Shown here: in pieces, positions 23,148-34,700 of the stretch
How positions within the stretch are numbered: position 1 is the stretch's first letter
Layout: the number at the start of each line of letters is the position of its first letter
NCBI GenBank assembly: GCA_051294905.1
Contig: CM119372.1
Span: forward strand, 33,852,001 to 33,916,000
Source: Botryllus schlosseri
Lineage: Eukaryota
Reading direction: 5' to 3'
Length of the DNA: 64,000 bases
Position numbers and translations under genes: made by a program
Notes under the pieces: generated by a model
What the model saw: the letters and a program-made list of their open reading frames with translations, nothing else
Databases searched by the model: none
Told to the model about the DNA's origin: nothing

Positions 23148-25088
23148 TCAATGGTCCTTTTCCCGTTTTACATAAAAATTGCCGTCAACCTGAGACGACG
23201 GCACCGTCACCTCATGGTCCGGTATCAGATTCTGCAATCTGTTTGGCGAGTTACTCATATAGATCTGGTTCGCTATGCACTGCACCGTGGAATTCACACT
23301 GTCGATGTTAATACCGGCCGGCATCGAGCTCAGCGGAGGTATAACTGGTGGGTTTTCCACGCCTGAAGACACCAACGTTGCTGTAAACGGGACAGTGCCG
23401 TTTAAGGCCGTACCGGATATACACGAGGTTATCGGCGTAGGAACATTCTCGTTGGACGAAGAGGCTCCGTTTAATTGAACAAAAGGCATCGGAGGTGCGC
23501 TTGCTGTGGACACAGGTTCCGTTTTTGGCAATTGCATACGCGTGGGGGATTGCGGTTCCGATTTGGGTTTGATGTTTTGCGCGCTTGCCGCTGTACCCGA
23601 ATTTTTTCTTTGTTTTTTCACCGTTTTTGTTGATTTCGAAGTGTTTTTATCACCGCCTGGAGACATTATTTTCTTTTTTCGCGAAGGCGACACTTCTGGC
23701 TTTTTAGAAGCGACAGTAACCGCGTCGGTTAGCAAGTTCGGCATGTCCATTACTTTGGCCAACTTGGCGCCCATCGCGCTCCAAATCATCCCTTGCCTTT
23801 CGGCTACTTCTGGGAATCGAACGGAGAACTCGTAATCTGGATCGAGACGCAATCTCCAGCCCTTGCCAACTCGCATCACAGCGATATCATCTAGTATTGC
23901 TTTCACGTCATCGCCGGGTATTTTCACGGTCGCCGTGGTTTCTTTGCGCGACAGAAACTCCCTTATCGTAAACATGAAAAGAATAAAGTCTCTACTTCGA
24001 CACAAACTTTCGGCTGGCGTGCCGGACAAAGGGCTGACTGTTTCAGCCGGAAATATAACATCACTCTTCACGATCCAGCACCCGCGGATTAACACTGCAT
24101 AAGACTGCAAAGACCTCACAACAGTGTTAGAATCGGACGCGCCGTGCAATAGCGAAAGAAGATGTGAGAATTTAATAATTTTAGCGTTCCTCATAATTAA
24201 CTTAATCTGATCGCCGAGACTTTCGTGTTTCAACAATGACACCGAGAGAACGTTTTCAGGCATCGCGGTTTCGTCTACACCGTGCTGCGTATACACAGGC
24301 TTCAAACTGTCCAAATAGTCTCGCGGCGTTCTGCGCACTTCAGGGACGCTCTGCCCCATCATGCTATCCGCAGATATAGTCTGTTGGCACAGCAGCTTCC
24401 GTTTCTCAAGCTCGACAACGCCGTTTTCGGACGAGTAAAATTTCAGAGAGCACCATCTTTCTTCAGCAAGACGTTTTTCATAAGCTGCATAAGACCGTTC
24501 TCTCGCTAATCTGGCTGCTTCCGTTTCAGCGCCTTTAATACGAAGAGTCACGGCTTTTGCATCATCCGTTTCATCTTGTGACGAATCTGCTTCCGCAGCT
24601 TCCTTCATCTTCGCGATTCTCACAGCCCGGTGTTCCGCTTGATCCATGTACTTAAAACTTGGACGGAGTTGCAATACATGCGATATCGGTGTCAGGTGTA
24701 AATCATTATCGTGTATAACACCGCAGACGTATCTCTTCCCACTTGTAGGTACTGCGATAGACTGCAGCGATTGTTTATCCATGACGTTAGTGTCGAAGAC
24801 CGTACTACTTTGAAACGCCGCATCATTTCCGTCCACATTCAAAGCGATTTGTTCGCCTTTGCTCTGGTCATAACTCGGACTGCTAATATTCAGCGATACA
24901 TCCATTTCAAGTTTGTTATTGACCGGTTTGATTTTGGCGCCTTTTCTATCGTGCGGGCCGAAAGGCATTTGGTTTTTTTTCACAGGGTACTGTAATAGGT
25001 AAAGCTTTCCTTGTAGTCTTTTGGATAGGTAGACGTCAATCTCGTGTTCGACTTCATCGTCTGATTCACTGTCAGAAGCAGTATCCAT
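23148..25088 (-). CDS. POLR3E: DNA-directed RNA polymerase III subunit RPC5 (SIN-like), 646 aa, intronless CDS
   Basis: N-terminus EIDVYLSKRLQGKLYLLQYPV matches RPC5 (EIDVYLAKSLAEKLYLFQYPVR); conserved LHLTP....LQLRPSF.Y.D and AVLIRGCWIVKSD motifs; single 1941-nt ORF. Confidence 0.95.
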   Translation of the reverse strand: MDTASDSESDDEVEHEIDVYLSKRLQGKLYLLQYPVKKNQMPFGPHDRKGAKIKPVNNKLEMDVSLNISSPSYDQSKGEQIALNVDGNDAAFQSSTVFDTNVMDKQSLQSIAVPTSGKRYVCGVIHDNDLHLTPISHVLQLRPSFKYMDQAEHRAVRIAKMKEAAEADSSQDETDDAKAVTLRIKGAETEAARLARERSYAAYEKRLAEERWCSLKFYSSENGVVELEKRKLLCQQTISADSMMGQSVPEVRRTPRDYLDSLKPVYTQHGVDETAMPENVLSVSLLKHESLGDQIKLIMRNAKIIKFSHLLSLLHGASDSNTVVRSLQSYAVLIRGCWIVKSDVIFPAETVSPLSGTPAESLCRSRDFILFMFTIREFLSRKETTATVKIPGDDVKAILDDIAVMRVGKGWRLRLDPDYEFSVRFPEVAERQGMIWSAMGAKLAKVMDMPNLLTDAVTVASKKPEVSPSRKKKIMSPGGDKNTSKSTKTVKKQRKNSGTAASAQNIKPKSEPQSPTRMQLPKTEPVSTASAPPMPFVQLNGASSSNENVPTPITSCISGTALNGTVPFTATLVSSGVENPPVIPPLSSMPAGINIDSVNSTVQCIANQIYMSNSPNRLQNLIPDHEVTVPSSQVDGNFYVKREKDH

Positions 25089-27014
25089 TTGTTGTGTAAT
25101 TCAAAGCTTTGAAGCAAATAGGTAAATTAACAAGTAGGTTTATTGTACCAAATGTTAAATGAATCTGTGACGAAAAAACTCTTAGATGAAGTGTGTTGGA
25201 ATCTTGCCACGTCGTGGCACATGCACCTAATTGATATGTCTTTCTCATGACCATCGATTGCACTAAATGTGTGCTTCCCGCAATACTTGATAGATAGCAG
25301 GGTTGTAACCAAGTTATGTTCCGAGTCACAAGTCAATTCGACTTTTAGCTTTGACTCAAGTGATATCCAATTCACCACCGAGTTATAGAGTTCAATGTTC
25401 AGTATCATCGAATCAAGTCAGGTTCCACACACTTCTGTGAATGTCCTGGGTGCTATCGAAGGACATGGATTCATAATATCTTTCTCACTCTTAACATGCT
25501 TATTCAAACAAATAGAAGACAGTTTTTGGGCCTACCGTTCAATTATCGGTCCTGATATACACGAGTGGCCACGAGACTTGGATAATTCCTATAGAATGTG
25601 TAGAGCCATGTGCAATGACTCCAGTACAGGTTGAGTCAATACAGAAATTCTCCATTTTTATAAACGGACGAGTCAACGAAAAATTGCGACTCGAGTCATT
25701 ACATCTCTGGTAGATAGCCTAAGCATCACTACATACCGTAACTCTGGTAAGGGTTTAGGCCCTGATTGGAATCTCCGTCCTTTTTTTGAAATAAATCCTG
25801 CGTGATAGAAGCTTTTTTCGCGTGACAGGGTCAACTTAGCGGCGTGACAAGCTAGGTTACTGACTTCAAATGACTGTGTTAAGCCAGTGAGAGGAGATCA
25901 GATGCTAATGGTTAGCAACTGGTAAGGTGCAAGTACTTTACCAACAGACAGTAATCAACAGATCCTGGCTAAGGGATTAGGTCTAAACATCATATACCAC
26001 ATACTAACTGGAATATAGCATTTGGGGTGGCTGAGAACATTGACTTTTTTTTCAATTTTTTTTTTTTTAATTTTATTTTTTTAATGAAATCAACGACCCG
26101 TGACGGCGTGATCGCGTGCAACTGGCGACCAAGTCGGCGTGATCCTGCGTGCCTTGGACACCGATTCCATACTGGGTTTAGGCGTGAACGACATGAGGGT
26201 GTGATTTTTATCAATCACATAATGGGATAAGTTTCATGGAGTTATGAACACAGCTCCGCTACACTTACACTTATGCATGTCGCGTTCAAGTTAGTTTTAA
26301 ATATCCAAGTTGTAGCTGTAACAGAGCATAGGCAGGCAACCGAGACATGAAACGTGACCCAGCAAGACAATACAGTCACATCCAGTTGTGACACTGTGTA
26401 GCTACATTTTAATTCATATTTTCGGAGTCAGTGTGACATAGCTTTCGATCAATACCAGATTCAGTAAATTCTGCGCTCTGGAAGACAACTTTTGCACTGC
26501 CAGAAATTCTACAGCTGCTGCCACAAAATATGTTTGAAGGAAGCCACAGCGAAGCGGAACAAAGCTGCAAAATCGGTCGTTGCCATTCCATGTTTACATT
26601 TGAAGATTTGATAAACACATGAAACGTGAAAGCCGCAATATTAAAATGAAGTTTCCATATAGAAATGCATGGATAGGCTAGGCTACCGTATACATTTCAG
26701 ATAAACAAGTATAAGCAGGCCTATTATATATATATTATAATTATAATGGTAGAACTATGAATGACTATGTGATACAGTCCCTAATTAAATTAGGCTAATT
26801 CTAACTTCAGCATAATGTACAGCGCTTAAAAGCTACAATCATCACGAGCCTTCGTAGTTACGGACACTATAACAAAAATGAACTAATAGCCTACGTTACG
26901 TATACGCAGATTCAATCAATTCGCATAACATGCATGTTTTCACAACAGGGTGTATATCTGTTGTGCATACAACGCGGGTCATTTATATCAGCATTACGAA
27001 GCAGCAAGCAATGA

Positions 27015-27360
27015 CATAATCGTCGGATTATATTTTCATCCGCCCAATACACACACACACACAATATACAATGCGATATACAATACACACAATGCGACGT
27101 AATGAACATATAGCGGGATGCCGAACGACCAACTAGTTAGGGTCTCTGAAACTGGCATCCACCGCGACCTATAGTGCCCAATGTCACAATCTTCTTCGAT
27201 TGTATTCTTTTTTCGTCGGTCCCATTTTAGAAGCTCTTTTTTTGCTCTTTTTCTTTCATTATCGGGTCTTTTTTCTGGACTTTCTTTGCTGCTGTATGAA
27301 CAGCCACACGGGGACTAGGAGCCCAGAATAACCTCCGACGGCGGGAATCGATCCTGCGCC
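27015..27360 (-). mobile_element. tRNA-derived SINE family copy (5' part partly lost)
   Basis: GATCGATTCCCGCCGTCGGAGGTTATTCTGGGCTCCT...AAAAAGACCCGAT...TGTGACATTGGGCACT...GTTCATTACGTCGCATTGTG, shared with 30030, 30515 and 39885. Confidence 0.7.
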
Positions 27361-27857
27361 GCATGCGTAGATTGTTTCACAAATCTACATAAATTATATG
27401 GAGTATTTTGTAAGAGATTTCGTTCTATACTTCAAAATTTTCGTCCTCAGAGGATATTTTGAATTTCCTGAAAAAAGGATAAATCCTCTTAAAGGAGGTG
27501 TAGGCCCATACCAAATATAACGCTGGCCGAGAATTACCCCTGCATGTGGACCGACACCATCAATATATTATAGCCTATTTGCAAATTGCCATTGCCCCCA
27601 GGCTCGGAATATAGCCCTGTGCTTGCTATCTGAAGTCCTCATCGCACCCCCCTGAGCTGTACCAGTCTGATATATGCCATTTTTACCAATGTTATATAGA
27701 GAACAGTCAATCCATAGTATGGATTTTTCGCGCTTCACGCGACTATACGCACACACATAGACATTTAGACAATGACATGTACCCTATTACAGGCAAAAAC
27801 TGCAAATCTGTTATTGATAAAACGACCTGACGTGAAGGGGTGGAGTTTGGTTTGTGA

Positions 27858-30016
27858 TAGGGGGTGGCAACATACGGCCCGCGGGCCGGATCCGGCCCGC
27901 GGACAGTTTTCCGTCTTATATAATAATGTGGCCCGCGACTACAGTCTGCCGAGATTTTCAGCGACTTGCTTATTATACTTTGAATTTTAGTGACTGTATG
28001 TTATTATATACATGCGCACTGCGCAGCATGCGAGAGTGGAGCTTACGCATTAGTTCGTTGAGGAGGCAAGACTTACGTTATCGGCATTTACGATGTAGGC
28101 CTACTCAACCCTAATATCGTTTGTGGTAATCATGGTGTTTGTTGACTACAATGGTCAAACCAGGCCGGTATTTCTTATGTTTGATTCAGTAGCCGCAGAC
28201 TTGTAGCACCACGGTACCCGTCTAGGCTTTTGTAAGACACCGCTTATGCCATGGGTCGCCAACTCAAAACAGGTCGCGGACTCGCGGGCCACTTTTCAAA
28301 TGTCGTAGAAGCCGCGGCCCGCATGAATTCAATATATCGAGATCAAATATACCACACAGTTGAACAACGACGCTGTCTCATCGTCACCTACTCAGCCCTA
28401 ATGAATTGATATCTTGGTAAATTTGGGGTACCGGCTTATCGAGTGCCTTGAAATCTTAATTAGTGATTGCACCGTCAGTGTTGCCAACTCCGGATGGAAG
28501 AAAATCGCTAAAACTGGTGTCAAAAATCGCTAGATGTCGCTAAATATTGAGAAAAAGGCGCTAAAAAATAGCGCTAAATCTGTAACAATTGCTAAAGGTG
28601 TTAAATTGGACCATAATATCAATACATTCTTCTCAGCTATATTTTACTCGTCTGGAGCCAAAGTCACCTATCATATTTCTAGCTCATAATACGTAATAGT
28701 CATCTCTAAGCGGGACGAAACGTGTAGTGTATTTCGATAAAGGAGATCGCTTTGCGCAATGATCGCTATACGTGACCACTGACCAGGTTTGCAGGCATAA
28801 CCGCTCACTATATAAGCCTGCCTTGCTCGATGCGTCCGTGAATACGTGATGCGATGTACTGTGGAAATGCGCTTGATTTCTCTAAACTGTGTGTGAGTAC
28901 CTGAACACGACATGTCGCTGGACACACTTGTACACGACAAGCGACTTGACCCGACACAACACACGACTTGAATCGGGTTTACCAGCCACTATAAGTGGAG
29001 ACCTTAAGAAAATAATCCGGGGACCAACCCGGGCTACGAAATTTAATGAACTTGGTCTTGGACGAAAGCTGGTGTCGCATTGATTCCGACAATGCGAATT
29101 AGGTTCTTGTCAGGACAATGGAACGACCTCAAAACAGTCCCCGGGGTCTGAAATCGGCATTGATCAGGGCAATCACTGGACGAAATTGGTCATTGTTATG
29201 TTCATTGTGTTGCGACGGTGCCATTGTTGGAGCAATGCCGGTTTTCAGACTTTGAGGGCTGTTTTTGGACGCATGCATTGTGCTGACGAGATTTTGTTCT
29301 GTATTTCCGAGATCACTGCGACACTGGCTTTCGATCGGTGCCAATTATAATAAATTTCAGCGCTCAGGTCGCCAGATGTAGCACTGCCAATTATGTTACT
29401 TTTAGATTACTCAACAAGAAGAGACACTGTTTGCCCATGCGTAACCGCCAGGAGTTGCGTATCTATCCGTAGGTTAGTAATCTATAATCATAGTGTTCTT
29501 AGAACACCATGCAATATTATATATCATCGGAGTCCGCACTCTGGTGACCGGAGTAGCCAATGCAATCGTCGGCCACAACTGATCTTTATTAGTTATTTTC
29601 GGTAAAAAAGCGCTGAATAATCGCTAAATGCTTCTTAAAAAATCGCTAGACTTATCGCTAGGCGCTAGATCCATATTTTTTGGCGCTAAACTAGATGAAA
29701 AATCGCTAGATCTAGCGCGAAAATCGCTAAATTGGCAACACTGTGCACCGTGTGTTCATTGATCAGAGAAAAGTAGACATGGCGGCGCCTGTATGACAAT
29801 GCTGTTCTCAATCCACATTGTCTTCGTCATTAGCGGCGAGAAATGGCTTTGAAGTGACATTGCTGTCGTTAAAATACCTTCATTAAATACGATTTACACC
29901 TTGTATATGTGGATAAATGGGCGAAAAATGTGTCGATTCAGCAATCCAGCCCGCCAAGTAGGCTACCTAATATTCTGATATCCGGCCCGCCGACTGGAGA
30001 AGTTGCCCTGCCCCTG
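27858..30016. mobile_element. Buster-type hAT element with a nested 1.27-kb insertion
   Basis: TAGGGGGTGGCAAC-ATACGGCCCGCGGGCCGGATCCGGCCCGC ... CCGGCCCGCC...GTTGCCCTGCCCCTG; flanks GTTTGTGA / GTTTATGG (6/8). Confidence 0.7.
28476..29743. mobile_element. Non-autonomous TIR element with 8-bp TSD (hAT- or P-like)
   Basis: Perfect TIRs CAGTGTTGCCAA / TTGGCAACACTG; perfect TSD TGCACCGT; arrays of AAATCGCTA subterminal motifs at both ends. Confidence 0.92.
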
Positions 30017-30029
30017 GTTTATGGTACTG

Positions 30030-30385
30030 TTGGCGGAGGACGATAAGCGCCTACCAATTTGTTGGCTCTTGTTTGATTCCCGTCGGAGGTTTATCTGGGC
30101 TCCTCTTCCCCACCGTCGCCGTTCTCACGGCGACAAAAAAGCCCAGAAAAAGACCGACGAAAGAAAACACCCACAAGGAATGGAAAGAACTAGTAGAAAG
30201 GGCCACGTCTTCTAAAAGATCAACATCGAAAACAACTGTGACATCGGGCACTCTAGGCCGAGGTGGATGTTAGATTAAAATGATCGCAACTGCATATGTT
30301 GTTCGACATCCTCCTATCTGTTCATTACATCGCATTGTACATTGTGTGTGACTTGTTCAGATGAAAAATATAACTCAACGATCGT
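30030..30385 (+). mobile_element. tRNA-derived SINE family copy
   Basis: GACGATAAGCGCCTACC...TTTGATTCCCGTCGGAGGTTTATCTGGGCTCCTC...AAAAAAGCCCAGAAAAAGACCGACG; homologous to 27015-27360 and 39885-40130. Confidence 0.7.
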
Positions 30386-30514
30386 ATTGAGGCCCAAGAC
30401 TAACGCTGGGGGGCTGACGAAGCAGGCTACTGTTTCGGTCCTGCACACGGCGGGAGTGGGAGCCCTGGTAACTTTCCGTCGGCCACTGGTATAATTTATG
30501 AGCTTAGTTACTTC

Positions 30515-30690
30515 CGGCTGCTTAGATGGCTCTTTCTATTTCTTGTGAGTGGGCTCTTTCATCGGGTCTTTTTTGTCGCAGTAAGAACATCGACGCGGAG
30601 GAAGAGGAGCCTAGAATAACCTCCAACGTTGAATCGAACCCGGCGAAACTGGGCGGTAGGCGCTTATCGTCACCACTACGCTATCTCCCA
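30515..30690 (-). mobile_element. tRNA-derived SINE, 5' half with intact Pol III boxes
   Basis: A box TAGCGTAGTGG, B box GGTTCGATTC, then GTTGGAGGTTATTCTAGGCTCCTC; inverted relative to the 30030 copy. Confidence 0.7.
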
Positions 30691-31704
30691 CTCGCAATAA
30701 TTATCTTTTACTATCCTATGTCCCTTTCGGTTGTTATGACAATCGTGCCCATCAACAAAATCGAACCTAGCCTATACTTTCAAAGTACACACTACACACC
30801 CGATTCTTTCGCGTTGGATTAGGCCTACTGTCTGCATCTTGATCCCATCTTCCCACCAACCCTATTAATCTAAGGAAGTTGATACCAGATACTTCCTGCA
30901 TACATCACTACTCGATAATTTTTTTCATATTCACGTTTCCCAACAAGGGATTCTACATTAGAATTCAATAGTAAATCAATATTTTTCAAAGTGTATTTCA
31001 GAAAATATATATAATCAAATATATAATCTGCTTTGAATTCTGTCTGTCAACACAGATGTCATAAACCACTTCATAGTCGGTTTCAAACGTATTCATAAAT
31101 CATCAATAAATTTAGCAAAACTTGATGGAGGGATGTTTGTATCCTCAGTATCAGTATATTAATTATTTCATTAGATCAAACAATATATCTCGATACAATG
31201 AAAAGATATGAAGTAGTCGAAACGACTTGATGGACTAGTATAGGCCTACAATCAGACACTCACCTTCAAGTAGTTGATACTCCTTTATTTTTTTATACCA
31301 ACAATCTTTCAACATGCTTTCAAGTCGAAATCTATTCTTTAGGATTGACCAAATGGCAAATTGTAGGCATTCTGCAAACTGGCGGGAAACTTGGACTAGT
31401 GACCAAATACGTTAGGCTTTGTATTAAAATATGTCATCAGACAGACACGATCGAAGCTAGTCACCAACTGGCAAGCGTGCAGGGACTAGGGATATTATAT
31501 TGAAGAATTCTCCTTGTACACCTCAGCTTCTAAAATATGCTCAACACGCATTGAAATAACTGCATCCAGTTATCGATTCGCATTACAAAAAATAGCAGAA
31601 ACCAAAACCTATTAAGGTAATGCTATTAATCAAATGCAGTAGGCAGAAGTATGATTTATTGCAGATTCAGAGTACGGTAAGTCACCAACTAATGTTTTTT
31701 TGGC

Positions 31705-34700
31705 CTAGTAGTTGTAGGAACTGGATGGAACTCCATAAGCAAGCGAAAAATAAAGGTAAAACGGAACAAACAAACAAAATACATACACTGTTATAAAAAA
31801 ACGTTCGAAAAACAAGCAGGAAAACTTGTAATTACATGATTGAGATAACCGAACAGAAGCCCCTTCGAATATCATATTGTAAAAACAACCGCTAAGACAG
31901 CAATTGCACAGCATGGCAGGGTAATAATAATGAAAATAGACGACTCGTGGCATTACAAGAAAAGGCAAATAATTCAGTGCCCACGCAAGTACAAACAATT
32001 GGCAATATTGAAAGTGCAAAGGGTCAATACATTCGAAGATGTGTGAAAAGTAATTCTTATAAGCATACAACTTAGGATTGTTAGGTTTGAACTTTAAATG
32101 GCGGGACGCAGATAGGATGAAAACAGTAGCCAGCGACCAGATGTTGATGTAAAACACAATTGGGTTACTGAGAAGGTATACTCGGACGCCATGCTCGTCC
32201 TCTGTGAGCATTTGACCCTGTAAAACAATAGACAAGTTCAATTGAACATCAATATCATGGTAGACTAAGCATGTGGTAGACAGTAACAAAGTAGGCTACC
32301 TCAGTTGTTTTTGGAGTATTTACGTAGGTTTTTAGAAGTTTTACTTGAAACAGGTCACATTTTGGTATTAGTAAAACTATGTGATATCGTTGTCGGTTCA
32401 AAATTACGACATCGGTTAGTCTCCAGTAGTGTTAGGATCCAGCCAATACCTTTAAAACTCGTGAAAATTGTTAGCTTCAATCATTTCAAAATTTTCCAAG
32501 TCAAGTCATGAGTCAAGCTCGAAGCATCTTAAATTTTCAGATTACCAGTCGACATGAAGTTCGCAAAATCGCATATATGGTAGGCCCCGCCTGAGTAGTC
32601 CGTTCCAGAAATTTTGATATGAGTAACTGTGGTTATGCTGCGTGCTTTTCAAAATCATACCGGAGTTTGCCTCGGGGATATCCAGCTCATAGATATCAAG
32701 TTCTACATATCCCTGGTATAATTTTGAGTAACAGACATTTATCGACTGAAATGCTGGAGGAAGGCTCTTATCTAGTGCCGAACTCACATTTAGGCTGCAA
32801 AAAAATCATGTTGCAACAGAAAGAAGTGTTTTAAAAAATTTCGTCGAAATTGCCAAGAAATGACCAACTGTATCTCTAATACACCTGACTGAAAGTATTT
32901 ACGCACACATCGTAACTTGTAATGGCGTAATAATGCCAGACAAAGCCGTTATGACGGCATTTATTGGCATGTCGAAGCTGTTATGTCTATGACTGCCGAC
33001 ACAACTGACCACATCGAAATTGGAAACATGAATCGATCTCCAGGAAATGAAGGATTAGTATTGATAACGTGGCTGAACGAAGCAAAATATTTGATGACTT
33101 ACAAACCCAAAAACTTGTTTGTGAGCTCACGCTATTCCATATCTTTTGATATGTCGAGCTCGAGTCAATTAAAGCCATTTTCGGGCAAAGTGACTTAAAT
33201 TCACGTCAGTCATTCACAAGAACAGACTCTATGCATGGCATCCCCGAGCTCTACAGCGAGAGGTAGCTTGAACGGTAGCAGAGTGTTTGCACCAACTGTT
33301 ATCTATTATCAGCGGTTCTCAACCTTTCCAGCTTGCGGGACCGGTAAAATTACAAAAAAAATTACAGACCGGTTAACTTTAAAAGATAAAATCACTCCAG
33401 ATTTTAATCACAATAAAGGTCTGCAACTCAAAACAAGGAATTGGAACTTGACTTAGTTGAGATCTTTTTGATATTACACCTGTCAATTTCCATTAAAACC
33501 ACCTACTCCAATTTGAATGTTGGCTTTATTTTTAAGGAAATATGACTTTGTTGTCAGCTAGATTGTGTTCTGTCACGGGTCGTTAAATTGTATTGCTTCT
33601 GATTTTGTAAAGGAAGTTTTCTTACCTTTTACATAATACTGGTCTTAATTAAGTTGTCGGCTACTTTTAAACAATTTGGGGCAACACTTGCAGCATTGTT
33701 AAGTAGAAAAATTAAAAAGTAAACTAAAACTAAGGTACAAGCCTTCAACCTCATACATTTTATGACTATTGGTTGAGAACCACTGATCCATATCAAAACC
33801 AATGCCACCAACCTTGGAGTAAATAGGCCATTGCCAAGCGCTGGATGTCTGACTGATATCAGCCGGAGCGGAATGAAGGTGTAACGCAGCCATCGTCGCG
33901 TGAGACTCCATGAATCTGTCCCAAAAAGACATTTGACAGGGAACGATAGACTCTTCGTTCAACTTCTTGTGTGTATGTTGTTCAACATTCCACATGGCGC
34001 GCATTGATATTTGTTGATTGTTCGTGCAAGTAACCTGAAAATATATTTGTCAAACTGCATGAATCGGGGCTTTTCATTTTGTGGGTCATGTCGCTATTAC
34101 CCATGTCGCGCTCGGCAAAATTGAGCACCAAAACTAATTACCTTTTTACATTATGGATGTTGAAGATTGTAGAAAGTAGTTTTGGGAATGGTTGGGAACA
34201 CTTTTGCGAGTGAAATCATCGCAATAAGCTGTTGAAATAATCCTTGAATCGCGATAACTTCGTATGTTTTGAAAAGTAGGGGGAGAGGAGGCCAAGATGA
34301 GACACTTTTCTGATAATTCAACGCCACTCGAAGAGTAATGCCTTCTGAGGATTGATTTTGGTACCAATGGAAAGCCTGTGATCTGTACTATTTATGACTA
34401 TGGCTTTAGTTATATTGAACAACATACTGATGGATTACTTGGCCCTCAAAAATCCTTGCTCAAATGTCTCAACTTACCCCCAGGTGAGGGTAAGATGAGA
34501 TACGCTGTGTTCAAGATGAGACACCAAGCAATTCTTGCTCATTACACCACCACTTCATCCCAAACATGAATTCACATAACTGACATGGACTATGAAAATA
34601 TAGTTTTTGGCATTTTCCTCCCCAACCTCAAATCTGTTTGCCTTGGTAATATGGTAGGACTATATAATGACATTATAGGAACAGCATAGTTAAAGGAATA

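Noticed and set aside
31290-31345. Degenerate hammerhead or PLE-like tail on the - strand; also CTGAGGA..GAAA at ~44387
   Set aside because: Core mutated (CTAAAGA) or stems absent; not distinguishable from chance.
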